Positions 37,340 through 46,532 of a stretch of 64,000 nt of DNA are shown here, piece by piece. Where the stretch lies: positions 47,945 through 111,944 of the forward strand of contig CAZXCC010000001.1 of assembly GCA_964638945.1 (NCBI GenBank), written 5' to 3'. The first letter of the stretch is position 1, and each line of letters opens with the position of its first letter. Origin of the DNA: an uncultured Veillonellaceae bacterium. GTDB lineage: Bacteria; Bacillota; Negativicutes; UBA1444. The position numbers were made by a program, and so were the translations under genes. A model generated the notes under the pieces. It was not told where the DNA came from and searched no databases. It worked only from the letters and a program-made list of their open reading frames with translations.

Positions 37340-38536
37340 TTGGAGGGTGACAAGATGAGAAGAAATGGACTGTTCCTAGCACTTGTTCTTTTGGTTATCG
37401 GAATTTTTGCCGTTGCAGGATGTGGTGGCGGCAGCGCACCGGCAAAGCCTGCCGAATCGAAAGATATTAAAATCGGCGTGGTATATGAACTGACAGGAAA
37501 CACGGCATCCTTCGGCACAGCGGCAAATAACGGAACAAAACTTGCTTTTAAAGAAATCAATGCCGCTGGCGGAGTTCTGGGCAAACAGATCGCCATTGTC
37601 AGCGCGGACAACAAGGGAGAACCTTCTGAGTCAGCCAATGCAATGACAAAAGTAATCACTCAGGATAAAGTGGTTGCCGTAGTTGGTTTCACTACCAGTT
37701 CCAATGGGATTGCCGGCTCGGCTGTCAACGAAGCGAACAAGATTCCTTTCGTAGCAGCGGCTACAACCAATCCGAAAGTGACGGTGGATGAAGCGACAGG
37801 TAAGGCAAAACCATATACTTTCCGGGTTTGTTTTATCGACCCGTTTCAGGGGACGGTGGGCGCCAATTTCGTTCTGAAGGATCTGAAACTGAAAAAAGCT
37901 GTCGTTCTGATTGATAACTCCAGCGATTACAGCAAGGGACTGTCCAAGTTTTTTAAAGAGGCGTACACTAAGGGCGGTGGAACGATTCTCGGCGAAGAAG
38001 CTTATCTGCAAAAAGACAAGGACTTTAAAGCACTGTTAACCAAAATCAAAGGCCTGAACCCTGAAGTGATCTATCTGCCCGGTTATTATGAAGAAGCAGG
38101 CATGATCTCCAAACAGGCGCGTGAACTTGGCATTACCGTTCCCATCGTGGGCGGCGATGGCTGGGATTCTCCCAAATTGGTTGAAATCGGCACGGCTGCC
38201 GGTATGAACAACACATACTTCACCAATCACTATTCACCGGAAGATTCCAGTGCGGCTTCGAAAAAATTCGTCGACGCCTATAAGAAAGAATACGGTGTAA
38301 TGCCTGATGCGATGGCTGTTCTTGGCTATGATGCGGCATATGTCATGGCTGATGCGATCAAACGTGCTGGTGCAGCGGAACCGGCTAAGATTCAGGCCGC
38401 TTTGGTGGCAACGAAAGATTTTCCGGCTGTTACCGGCGCCACTACTCTGAATGATACCCATGATGCAGTGAAGAGTGCTGTTATCATCGAAATGAAAGAT
38501 GGCAAGATGGTTTATAAGACCACTGTCAAACCCTGA
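37340..38536 (+). CDS. ABC transporter substrate-binding lipoprotein, branched-chain amino acid (LivJ/Peripla_BP_6) family; orphan (no permease/ATPase adjacent)
   Basis: lipobox AVAGCGGGS; family-typical sequence; 398 aa. Confidence 0.75.
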   Translation: MEGDKMRRNGLFLALVLLVIGIFAVAGCGGGSAPAKPAESKDIKIGVVYELTGNTASFGTAANNGTKLAFKEINAAGGVLGKQIAIVSADNKGEPSESANAMTKVITQDKVVAVVGFTTSSNGIAGSAVNEANKIPFVAAATTNPKVTVDEATGKAKPYTFRVCFIDPFQGTVGANFVLKDLKLKKAVVLIDNSSDYSKGLSKFFKEAYTKGGGTILGEEAYLQKDKDFKALLTKIKGLNPEVIYLPGYYEEAGMISKQARELGITVPIVGGDGWDSPKLVEIGTAAGMNNTYFTNHYSPEDSSAASKKFVDAYKKEYGVMPDAMAVLGYDAAYVMADAIKRAGAAEPAKIQAALVATKDFPAVTGATTLNDTHDAVKSAVIIEMKDGKMVYKTTVKP

Positions 38537-38558
38537 TTTGTTTTCAACTTACGACAAA

Positions 38559-38608
38559 GGCAGGGAACCAGCCGGGTTTGGCTGGTTCCCTGCCTTTTCT
38601 GCTTTTGT
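38559..38608 (+). terminator. rho-independent terminator (15-bp stem GGCAGGGAACCAGCC / GGCTGGTTCCCTGCC plus T-run)
   Basis: read directly. Confidence 0.85.
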
Positions 38609-38747
38609 CCGCTCCACAATAGTTCACAAAGTTGTAACAAATATGCCATAGTTTTGTAACGACTGCCGTCTATACTCATAAGTGAGTTCCCGTCATTCTG
38701 CAATAGGCAGGAAAATGGAGTTGCATGAGGTGAATGGAGGTAGATTT

Positions 38748-39257
38748 GTGAACAACAGAGCACCAAAAAAAATCGTCTGTTCTTTGTTAATCGGATTGCT
38801 GCAGTTCGGTGGAGGGGCTTATGTCGTTGAAGCGGCAGCAAGGGAAGAGCAACGGACTCAGCTTGCGGCGCCTCAGGATCCGTCAAAATTCGATAGGGCT
38901 CAGCAAGAGCGCTACTGGCAGGAACGTCGACATCTGCAGGAACAGGAACTGAATGAACGTCGCCGGGAAGAAGCTCTACGGCATGAACAGGAACTAAGGC
39001 GGCGCGAACGGGAAGACGAACGGGAATGGAAGAATCGGCAATGGCTGGAGCACCAGCGGATTCAACAACGGAACGAAGAACGCGCACGCAGGCAATGGTG
39101 GGAAAATCAGCGCCACGAAGAGGCAATGCGGCGGTTGGAATATGAAAGTGATCGTGAATGGCATCGGCGGCAATGGCAGGAGAAACAGCGCCATGAAGAA
39201 GCAATGCGTGAAATAGAAATAGGCGTATTAGCCTTGGCGGTACTTCTCGGCAAATGA
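38748..39257 (+). CDS. secreted/anchored low-complexity protein: signal peptide, long Arg/Glu/Gln/Trp-rich repetitive helical region (QRHEEAMR repeats), C-terminal hydrophobic anchor
   Basis: GTG start 7 nt after GGAGG; internal near-identical 27-nt DNA repeats at about 39108 and 39184; the antisense ORF 38512..39204 is judged spurious. Confidence 0.5.
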   Translation: MNNRAPKKIVCSLLIGLLQFGGGAYVVEAAAREEQRTQLAAPQDPSKFDRAQQERYWQERRHLQEQELNERRREEALRHEQELRRREREDEREWKNRQWLEHQRIQQRNEERARRQWWENQRHEEAMRRLEYESDREWHRRQWQEKQRHEEAMREIEIGVLALAVLLGK

Positions 39258-39385
39258 ATAAAGTTGCGTGGGCAGCCCCGGATTGTACCGTGGCTGTTCT
39301 TTTTCACGAGCAAAGGAATAACTGCGGTTTTACAGAATAATCTTCCGTACAAGAGGTCATTTGTTCACAGGGAGATGGAACAGAG

Positions 39386-42253
39386 ATGGGCAAAGTAAAC
39401 CGACGGAATTTTTTGAAAGGATTGGGATGCGCGGCTGCAGTGGTGACCGCATGCAGTGTACCCGGAAAATATCTGCGCCCTGTGACTGGCGCAGCAGCGA
39501 ATACTTTCCACCGCATAAGCCGAGAAAGCGAATATGGACCGTGGGCGGCAGAGTTGTATCTAAATACGGCGAAATGGAATTCGGGGCAAACTGTTGAAGG
39601 GGAAACCGTTCTATATTTGCCTTTTGGGACTCGAGCGGCGATGGAAGCCGACGGCTTCATCCCGGAACGATGGATATGTCTTGTCACGGCTGAGCGGCTG
39701 TTCGATGCAAATGGGGATTTGCGTTTGATTAATGGGGTCGGATGCGCCACCTGTCTGACACCGGGAGGATTGGCCATCGAAGGCGGGGTGCAGGGTGCTT
39801 TGGGTTCTATGGGAGAGAAATCTTTTCGAGCCTATCTGGACGTGTATGTGGAAGCCAAACGTGCTGAGGCGCACGGGGATACCAATGTTGTTGAAACAGT
39901 AAGATTTCCATTCAAATATAAACTGGCTGAAGACATTCCGGCAGGAACAGTAAGGTTGCGTGTTGATTTTGGGATTGGCGAAAACAGGGCCGGACATGTC
40001 GGCCATAGGCATAGCCTCAACGGAGAAGGGTTTGCGCGACGGCAACGCGATGGCTGGTCCGGTTTCTTCTCGGCTCCGATACCAGTGAATATGGAGCCCG
40101 GGAAGAGGCGCATCCCTTGGGTGATTATGTCCCGATGGGGATCAAACGGGCAAAGGGGGATAGTTGCCGAGGAAGATAAAGGCAGATTTGCCTTGTCTCC
40201 CAGACATATTGCTCCTGCTGATCCAATTTTTCCTATGGAGGATTCGGGTGGGAGAAAGCAGGAATATGAGGTCATTCCTGACATACTGGCTTGGAAATCG
40301 GATAAACACCGTCAAATCGAATGGGCAAGCGAGGCGGGCTGGTTTTCTGCGGAGCTGCAGATGCCATCCGGAAAAAATCTGCAATTTGACAATCTGTCCC
40401 TCATTCCCGGTCTGGATGGAACGCTGGCTGTTTCCGATATGAAACGTTGCCGCTGGCGTCCGGAAGAATATGGTGAACATGTGCTGATACTAAGGGGTTA
40501 TTGTGTCGATACATGGGGAAACCATTATGATGGCGGGGGAACATATCGATTTTGGATAGCGGAACGCCTGACGATTGCTACAGCCACTTTTCTGGGTCTT
40601 GCTTTACAGGCCGGCCGGAACTATGGGGCTCCGATCGCCATGAATCCGGCTTTTGCTGGTGAAGTTTCCATTGAACTTCAATTGTATTCTGCATCAGAAA
40701 AACAACGGCGGAAGAATTTCCAATGTTCGGGGAAGAGCAATGAGAGCGGCGTTTTTGGTCCGGCGGAAGGATTGAAGCAATTTACTCTTGATGAACCAGG
40801 AGAGTATATTGCCAGGATCCGGGGAAAAGCCACGGATAAAAAAGGGCGTTTGTGGATGGCATCGTTGACTCATGCCGGGGTCGTGGTTCCTCCGGATACA
40901 ACAATTGAAGCGCGGGGCAAAAAGATTAAAATTGGACGAGCCTATGCACTGCGCGGCGAAACACATTCCGAGGGGTATGTTGAAAAAGGATTGCCGCCGT
41001 TGCCGGCAAATGGGAAGTACTCAAGGGCTGACCTGGCGAGATTCCGGTTTCTTGACCATATCAACTATCCCTGGTTTCCGCTTGACGTGCTTCTTGTCGC
41101 GAGTGAAGGGCAAGGCGCCAACAAGATTGAACCGGTATTAACGTACGTGCGAAAAGGAGAAACGGAAGATTTAAAGCGCGGTACATTGGGAATCGGGTAC
41201 TCCGAACTGCAGTTCCCGCAATGCGAGGGCGGCTGGGACCCCTTCACCCACCCTGAAAAAATAAGGCAAAAAGGCGGATATTGGTACGCAGCGGCACCGA
41301 GGCCAGGATTTATGTCCAGATTTATGGTGGCGACCAATGGCGTATTCGCGCCATACTGGCCTACAAGCAACACCAATTTCGGCGGCCAGGCTGGCGCCTC
41401 GGCAAATGGGGATATGCCTGGTGATATCTATCGTCTGCTCGGCGGTGTCGTTGTGCCGGAAAAAAACGGACCCCCCTCCTATGCCGGCTATTTGGCCAAC
41501 GCAGTCATTTTGCCTGCCGGATCAGGAAACAACCGCATCATATCTCCTGGACTGGAAGATTTGCCAGGACCTGACGGGAAACAGGGACGTTTTTTTCTTG
41601 TTGCGGTTCGTCCGGGAACGGTTTATGGCGCAGACGCCAGATTCACGCCTTTTTTGCAGATTGACCCGGTCGTGCAGGCGCAGGTTCGCTATGAACTGAT
41701 TTCGCCAGCCGGAAAGATTTATAGAGCAGAAGGCATTGGTAACATGGAGGGTTATTTTTTTGGCAGAGAAACCTGGCTGCTCAATGAACCCGGTGTCTGG
41801 ACGTACAGGATACAGGCGGAATTTGACGGAAAGCCCGGACGTATGCCCGGATTGCCGTCAACAGGCGGATGGCTTTTTGTTACTGAAAAGCGGAACGCAA
41901 TGAATGCGGCTAAACTTGATTTGGGAGTGCCTGACAAGTTGCCGTTTGACCCGGCAAAAGGGTTCAAGGTGCAGGGGATTACGACAGGACAGAGCGTGTT
42001 TCTCGCTGCAGTAGTGCCGGGATGTGTAGTGGGTCAATGGGAGATTCCTGTGCGGACAGGCCGGTTTGAATGGCAGTTTGATCCGGGATTCATTCATGAA
42101 AGGGTTCCCGCCTATGATATCAAGCATAGCGCTTCGGGGCGCGCGCAACTCGGGCGAATCGTGCATTTGACATATTTTACACGAACCCTTACCGGTTCAT
42201 GGGAATGGGCGCGAATCATCGTGCGCGGTCCGGTGGCTTTCAACGGAACCTGA
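39386..42253 (+). CDS. large (955 aa) Tat-exported protein of unknown function
   Basis: twin-arginine signal NRRNFLKGLGCAAAVVTA; no catalytic motif recognised. Confidence 0.65.
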   Translation: MGKVNRRNFLKGLGCAAAVVTACSVPGKYLRPVTGAAANTFHRISRESEYGPWAAELYLNTAKWNSGQTVEGETVLYLPFGTRAAMEADGFIPERWICLVTAERLFDANGDLRLINGVGCATCLTPGGLAIEGGVQGALGSMGEKSFRAYLDVYVEAKRAEAHGDTNVVETVRFPFKYKLAEDIPAGTVRLRVDFGIGENRAGHVGHRHSLNGEGFARRQRDGWSGFFSAPIPVNMEPGKRRIPWVIMSRWGSNGQRGIVAEEDKGRFALSPRHIAPADPIFPMEDSGGRKQEYEVIPDILAWKSDKHRQIEWASEAGWFSAELQMPSGKNLQFDNLSLIPGLDGTLAVSDMKRCRWRPEEYGEHVLILRGYCVDTWGNHYDGGGTYRFWIAERLTIATATFLGLALQAGRNYGAPIAMNPAFAGEVSIELQLYSASEKQRRKNFQCSGKSNESGVFGPAEGLKQFTLDEPGEYIARIRGKATDKKGRLWMASLTHAGVVVPPDTTIEARGKKIKIGRAYALRGETHSEGYVEKGLPPLPANGKYSRADLARFRFLDHINYPWFPLDVLLVASEGQGANKIEPVLTYVRKGETEDLKRGTLGIGYSELQFPQCEGGWDPFTHPEKIRQKGGYWYAAAPRPGFMSRFMVATNGVFAPYWPTSNTNFGGQAGASANGDMPGDIYRLLGGVVVPEKNGPPSYAGYLANAVILPAGSGNNRIISPGLEDLPGPDGKQGRFFLVAVRPGTVYGADARFTPFLQIDPVVQAQVRYELISPAGKIYRAEGIGNMEGYFFGRETWLLNEPGVWTYRIQAEFDGKPGRMPGLPSTGGWLFVTEKRNAMNAAKLDLGVPDKLPFDPAKGFKVQGITTGQSVFLAAVVPGCVVGQWEIPVRTGRFEWQFDPGFIHERVPAYDIKHSASGRAQLGRIVHLTYFTRTLTGSWEWARIIVRGPVAFNGT

Positions 42254-42389
42254 GATTGAATCGGAATTGAATATTGAATGTAGTGCAGGAGAAGCAGGCC
42301 TTGATGTGAAATAATTAATAAGAATCGATTTGTACATGGACATGGTTGTCATTTTCGAACGCAAATGCTGGAAAACCGGAGGCGAAACT

Positions 42390-45248
42390 GTGTTTCTTCG
42401 TCTGCGAAAGACTGCAAAAAAAAGTGGCTGGGGCAGCCTGCTTTTGCTGGCTTCGATTTTTTGCGGTCTCATTTTGACAGGGCATCTATCTTTACTGCTT
42501 ACCCCTGTGGCTGCCGGAGAAACTCAGCAACGGATAATCCGCCTTGCTGACGATAAGGGGTATCCACCCTATATTTTCACTAATTCCGCCGGGCAGCCGG
42601 ATGGATTTGAAATGGATTTGTTCCGGCTGATCGAGCAGGATACCGGCCTGAAGTTCGAATGGACGCTGACCGAATTTGACAATGCGGTGAATATGCTGCG
42701 CAACGGCCAGGCAGAAATCGTTCCAGGAATGAATGTGACAGAAGACCGAAAAATGGAATTTGCTTTTTCACGCCCTTATTTGCAGGATAAGGGTGTGCTT
42801 TTTGTACCTGCGGACAGTTATCACATAAGCAGGCTGGACGATCTGGTGGGACGGCGGGTTGGAGTGCAGCAGGGGGAGGTGTCGGAGCAGTATCTGCGGC
42901 AAAACAAGAAACAACTTTCTCTGTATCTTTTTCCCAGTCAACGGGAACTTTTGCAGGCTGTGGTTGAGCGAAAAATTGATGCAGCAATCTGCAATTACTA
43001 TTCGGGACATTATTTCCTACATCAGCTGCAATTGGAGGAAAAAGTAAAGACGATTGGCGAGCCGATTTTTACCCATCCTTTCGCAGTGGCAGCTAGCAAA
43101 GATAATAGAGATGTGCTGGCAATTATAGATGCTTCGATTGAAAAATTGCAGTCAGGCGGCAGACTGGATGCCCTACAGGAAAAATGGTTTGGCGGGCAAA
43201 ATCTGATTTTGGGAATGAGCCGGCAAAAGCTTGGCTTATATGCGGCGGTTGCAACAGCTGGAATCATTGCCGTTGCTTGCGTAACCCTGTTGTTTATCCT
43301 CTTCCTGCGACGGAAAATTGTACAGGCTACCTCCGAGATTGCAGGACAGAGGGATGAACTTCACAAGGCGTATCAGGAAATGGCGGCGCAAAATGAAGAA
43401 CTGCTGGCGCAGGATGAACTGCTGAGTTTTCAGAACCGCACCCTGCAACTGCAGGAGCAAAGATTGACAGAGCGGAATCGAATTTTGGAAGCGTTGCAGG
43501 ATACGACTATCGAGATGCTGCAAATAGACGATGTGGATGAATTGTTTGCGCGCATCCTCAAGAGGGCGGCTCAGCTGGCTGGAACCGAAAGCGCAAAAAT
43601 CGACACATGGGATGCCGCAGGGTCGATGCTTCAGGCACGGGTTGCAATGGGATACGCCGGAAATATTGGACATATTCCGGGGAAAGGCCTTACGGGAGAG
43701 GTTATCCAACACGGAAAAACATTGCTGATAGAAGATTACCAGTCATGGGAAAAGCGTCTCCACGGGCCGGAAACGGACGTGATCCTTTCGGCGCTGGGCG
43801 TGCCGCTCTTGATTCGTGGCAATGTCCGGGGACTTCTCATAATGGACCACACAGAGCAAGGAAAAAGTTTTTCTCCGGAGCAGATTGCGGCAGTGGAGCA
43901 GTTTGCACATATTGCCGCAATTGTCCTCGCAAACGCCGATGACCGAGAAGCTTTGAAAACTATGGCGTATCACGATGCGTTGACGACTCTGCCAAACAGG
44001 CCGGCTCTCATGGAACGTCTCGTGCAGGAACTGGACAGGGCTATACGGGGGGAAACCTCCGGGGCAATCCTGTTGCTGGATCTCGATAATTTCAAGATGG
44101 TGAATGATTCGCTGGGGCATGCCTGCGGCGACTTGCTTTTGCAGGAACTGGGCAGGCGTTTGCATGAAACCGCTGCGGAGGCCGATATGGTTGCCAGAAG
44201 CGGTGGTGACGAGTTTGTGATTTTGTATGGCAATGTGGCTGATGACGGAGTGATTGAGGAATTTGCCGGAAGGATTATGCGATCTGTTTCCCAGCCTTAC
44301 GAGGTATGCGGCCAGCGTATGTACTGTACCATGAGCATGGGAATTGTACGGTATCCGGCTGATGGGACCGTTGCGGAAGAATTGTTCCGGGATGCGGATA
44401 CGGTTCTGCACGAAGTAAAAAGCGCCGGAAAAAATTCCTGGCGCTTCTTTGACTCGGCCATGAGGGACACGGTGTATCGCCGGATGCAGCTTGAGCACAG
44501 CCTGCACCAGGCAATGGGAAATAATGAACTGTTCGTTGTCTATCAGCCGGTTGTGGAGTTGCAGACACATCGTATCGTTGGATTTGAAACGCTGTTGCGT
44601 TGGAATAATCCGCAATACGGAAACGTCTCCCCCGTTTCATTCATCCCGATTGCTGAAGAAACCGGCTGGATTGTTTCCATCGGTCAGTGGGTCATTCGCC
44701 AGGCATGTCATTTTATGCAGAGACTGCGCCAGGATGGAAATGAAGATTTATTCGTGGCAGTCAATCTTTCGCCAAGGCAGTTGCGTCAGAGTGATTTTGT
44801 TGCGATGGTCCAGTCCATATTGCAGGAAACAGCGGTACCTCCTGAATTGCTCGAATTGGAAATCACGGAAACTCTGTTTATGGAATCAGTGGAACCGAAT
44901 CTGCAAAAAATCCGTGAACTGCGCAGTATTGGGGTCAGATTGGCTCTGGACGATTTCGGAACGGGATATTCTTCGTTGACCTATCTGAAGAACTTGCCGA
45001 TCAATACATTGAAAATTGATAAAACATTTGTGGATGATATCGTCGGGAGTTCCGTCAATGCAGCGATTCTTGGCTCGATTATTCAAATGGCTCATGGACT
45101 GGAGCTGACAGTAGTTGCCGAAGGCGTTGAAACGGAAGGGCAACGGAACGAGTTGATCCGACAGGGTTGCGACTTGATGCAGGGATATCTGTTCAGCAAA
45201 CCGGTGTTGGAGAATGAACTTTGCCGGATGTTGACAAAGAAAGCATAG
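42390..45248 (+). CDS. c-di-GMP turnover signalling protein: signal/TM - periplasmic SBP type 3 (PBPb) domain - TM - coiled coil - GAF - GGDEF - EAL
   Basis: GGDEF motif RSGGDEFVIL, EAL-domain motifs ETLLRWN and DDFGTGYSSL; GTG start 7 nt after GGAGG (the ORF-track TTG at 42330 is the alternative). Confidence 0.85.
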   Translation: MFLRLRKTAKKSGWGSLLLLASIFCGLILTGHLSLLLTPVAAGETQQRIIRLADDKGYPPYIFTNSAGQPDGFEMDLFRLIEQDTGLKFEWTLTEFDNAVNMLRNGQAEIVPGMNVTEDRKMEFAFSRPYLQDKGVLFVPADSYHISRLDDLVGRRVGVQQGEVSEQYLRQNKKQLSLYLFPSQRELLQAVVERKIDAAICNYYSGHYFLHQLQLEEKVKTIGEPIFTHPFAVAASKDNRDVLAIIDASIEKLQSGGRLDALQEKWFGGQNLILGMSRQKLGLYAAVATAGIIAVACVTLLFILFLRRKIVQATSEIAGQRDELHKAYQEMAAQNEELLAQDELLSFQNRTLQLQEQRLTERNRILEALQDTTIEMLQIDDVDELFARILKRAAQLAGTESAKIDTWDAAGSMLQARVAMGYAGNIGHIPGKGLTGEVIQHGKTLLIEDYQSWEKRLHGPETDVILSALGVPLLIRGNVRGLLIMDHTEQGKSFSPEQIAAVEQFAHIAAIVLANADDREALKTMAYHDALTTLPNRPALMERLVQELDRAIRGETSGAILLLDLDNFKMVNDSLGHACGDLLLQELGRRLHETAAEADMVARSGGDEFVILYGNVADDGVIEEFAGRIMRSVSQPYEVCGQRMYCTMSMGIVRYPADGTVAEELFRDADTVLHEVKSAGKNSWRFFDSAMRDTVYRRMQLEHSLHQAMGNNELFVVYQPVVELQTHRIVGFETLLRWNNPQYGNVSPVSFIPIAEETGWIVSIGQWVIRQACHFMQRLRQDGNEDLFVAVNLSPRQLRQSDFVAMVQSILQETAVPPELLELEITETLFMESVEPNLQKIRELRSIGVRLALDDFGTGYSSLTYLKNLPINTLKIDKTFVDDIVGSSVNAAILGSIIQMAHGLELTVVAEGVETEGQRNELIRQGCDLMQGYLFSKPVLENELCRMLTKKA

Positions 45249-45299
45249 CTGATTCAGAAATAGAGGTCGCGTGAACCGTCCTTGATTTCGGAGAGTTTC

Positions 45300-46532
45300 T
45301 TACTCTTCTTCATCCAGGATTTCCTGAAGCAGGGGAAAGGGAGAGAGCGCCCTGCGCAGGATGCCCATAAGGGCAGCAATGGCAACGCCATAATTCACGA
45401 TGGGAACACCGGCCTGCTGTACCTCTACGATCCGGGCAAGCATTTCCCGGCGATTTGTCATGCATGCGCCGCAGTGAAGCACCAGTTTGTATTCGCTCAG
45501 ATTTTTCGGGAAGGTCAGGCCGCTGGAGTGGTCGACAGTCAGTTCTCCTCCGACATGCTGGCGCAACCAGCGAGGGATTTTAACAGTGCCGATGTCATCT
45601 TCTACACGGTGATGCGTGCAGGACTCGCTGATCAGTACCTTGTCGCCGGGTTTCAGATGATCGATGGCACGTGCGCCACGCACCATGGTTTCCAGATCCC
45701 CCTTGTAGCGGGCAAACAGAATGGAAAAAGAAGTGAGCAGCACATCAGGCGGGGTATCCGCATCGGCCTTGAGAAAAACCTGTGAATCTGTGATTACGAT
45801 TCTGGGTTTGCGGTTCAGGCTGGCGATACATTCCTTCAATTCCCGCTCTTTGACGGTATAGGCCATGGCGTCATGGTCGAGGATATCGCGGATCATCTGT
45901 ACCTGCGGCAGAATCAAACGCCCTGCGGGAGCTGCCAGATCGATGGGCACTACCAGGACAGCAACATCGCCCGGTTGCAGCAGGTCCCCCACGATGGTCT
46001 GATTGTCCCAACGAGCCGGCGCATGACGGACCATGGCGATTTTCAGATCACCAATGCCGCGTCGTTCGCTGGCGCTGACTGCGACTGCTGCAGCGGCTCC
46101 CAGTTCCGATTTGGCGTTTTCCAGAGCCTCCGCTGCAGGAGTTTCCAAGTCGGTTTTGTTAAATACAAGGAGAAAGGGAATGTTTTGCAGCCGGCACTTT
46201 TCCGCAAGTTCTTTCTCCGGCGCACCTATTCCGAGCGTGGCATCGGTCACCAGCAGCACCAGGTCGGATTTGCGCAGTACCTCCAGAGATTTTTCGATGC
46301 GCAGCTTCCCCAGCTCTCCGACATCGTCCAGACCTGCCGTGTCGATGACGACCACGGGTCCGAGGGGCAGGATTTCCATGGACTTATAGACTGGATCCGT
46401 GGTGGTGCCGGCAACCGAAGAGACGATAGCGAGCGATTGATTGGTCAGTGCGTTGATGAGACTGGACTTGCCGGCGTTTCGGCGTCCAAAGAGGGATATA
46501 TGCAGGCGGTTGCCGCGTGGCGTTTCATTCAT
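45300..46532 (-). CDS. hydF: [FeFe]-hydrogenase H-cluster maturation GTPase
   Basis: N-terminal GTPase G1 GRRNAGKSSLINAL, DTAG; C-terminal Fe-S motifs CTHH and HCGAC characteristic of HydF; 410 aa. Confidence 0.7.
   Translation of the reverse strand: MNETPRGNRLHISLFGRRNAGKSSLINALTNQSLAIVSSVAGTTTDPVYKSMEILPLGPVVVIDTAGLDDVGELGKLRIEKSLEVLRKSDLVLLVTDATLGIGAPEKELAEKCRLQNIPFLLVFNKTDLETPAAEALENAKSELGAAAAVAVSASERRGIGDLKIAMVRHAPARWDNQTIVGDLLQPGDVAVLVVPIDLAAPAGRLILPQVQMIRDILDHDAMAYTVKERELKECIASLNRKPRIVITDSQVFLKADADTPPDVLLTSFSILFARYKGDLETMVRGARAIDHLKPGDKVLISESCTHHRVEDDIGTVKIPRWLRQHVGGELTVDHSSGLTFPKNLSEYKLVLHCGACMTNRREMLARIVEVQQAGVPIVNYGVAIAALMGILRRALSPFPLLQEILDEEE

Noticed and set aside
38512-39204. 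230-aa minus-strand ORF overlapping the Arg/Glu-rich repeat protein
   Set aside because: The plus-strand frame has an RBS, signal peptide and C-terminal anchor; the minus frame is Pro/Ala/Leu-rich antisense of the repeats. The plus-strand frame is preferred, but this region is genuinely ambiguous.
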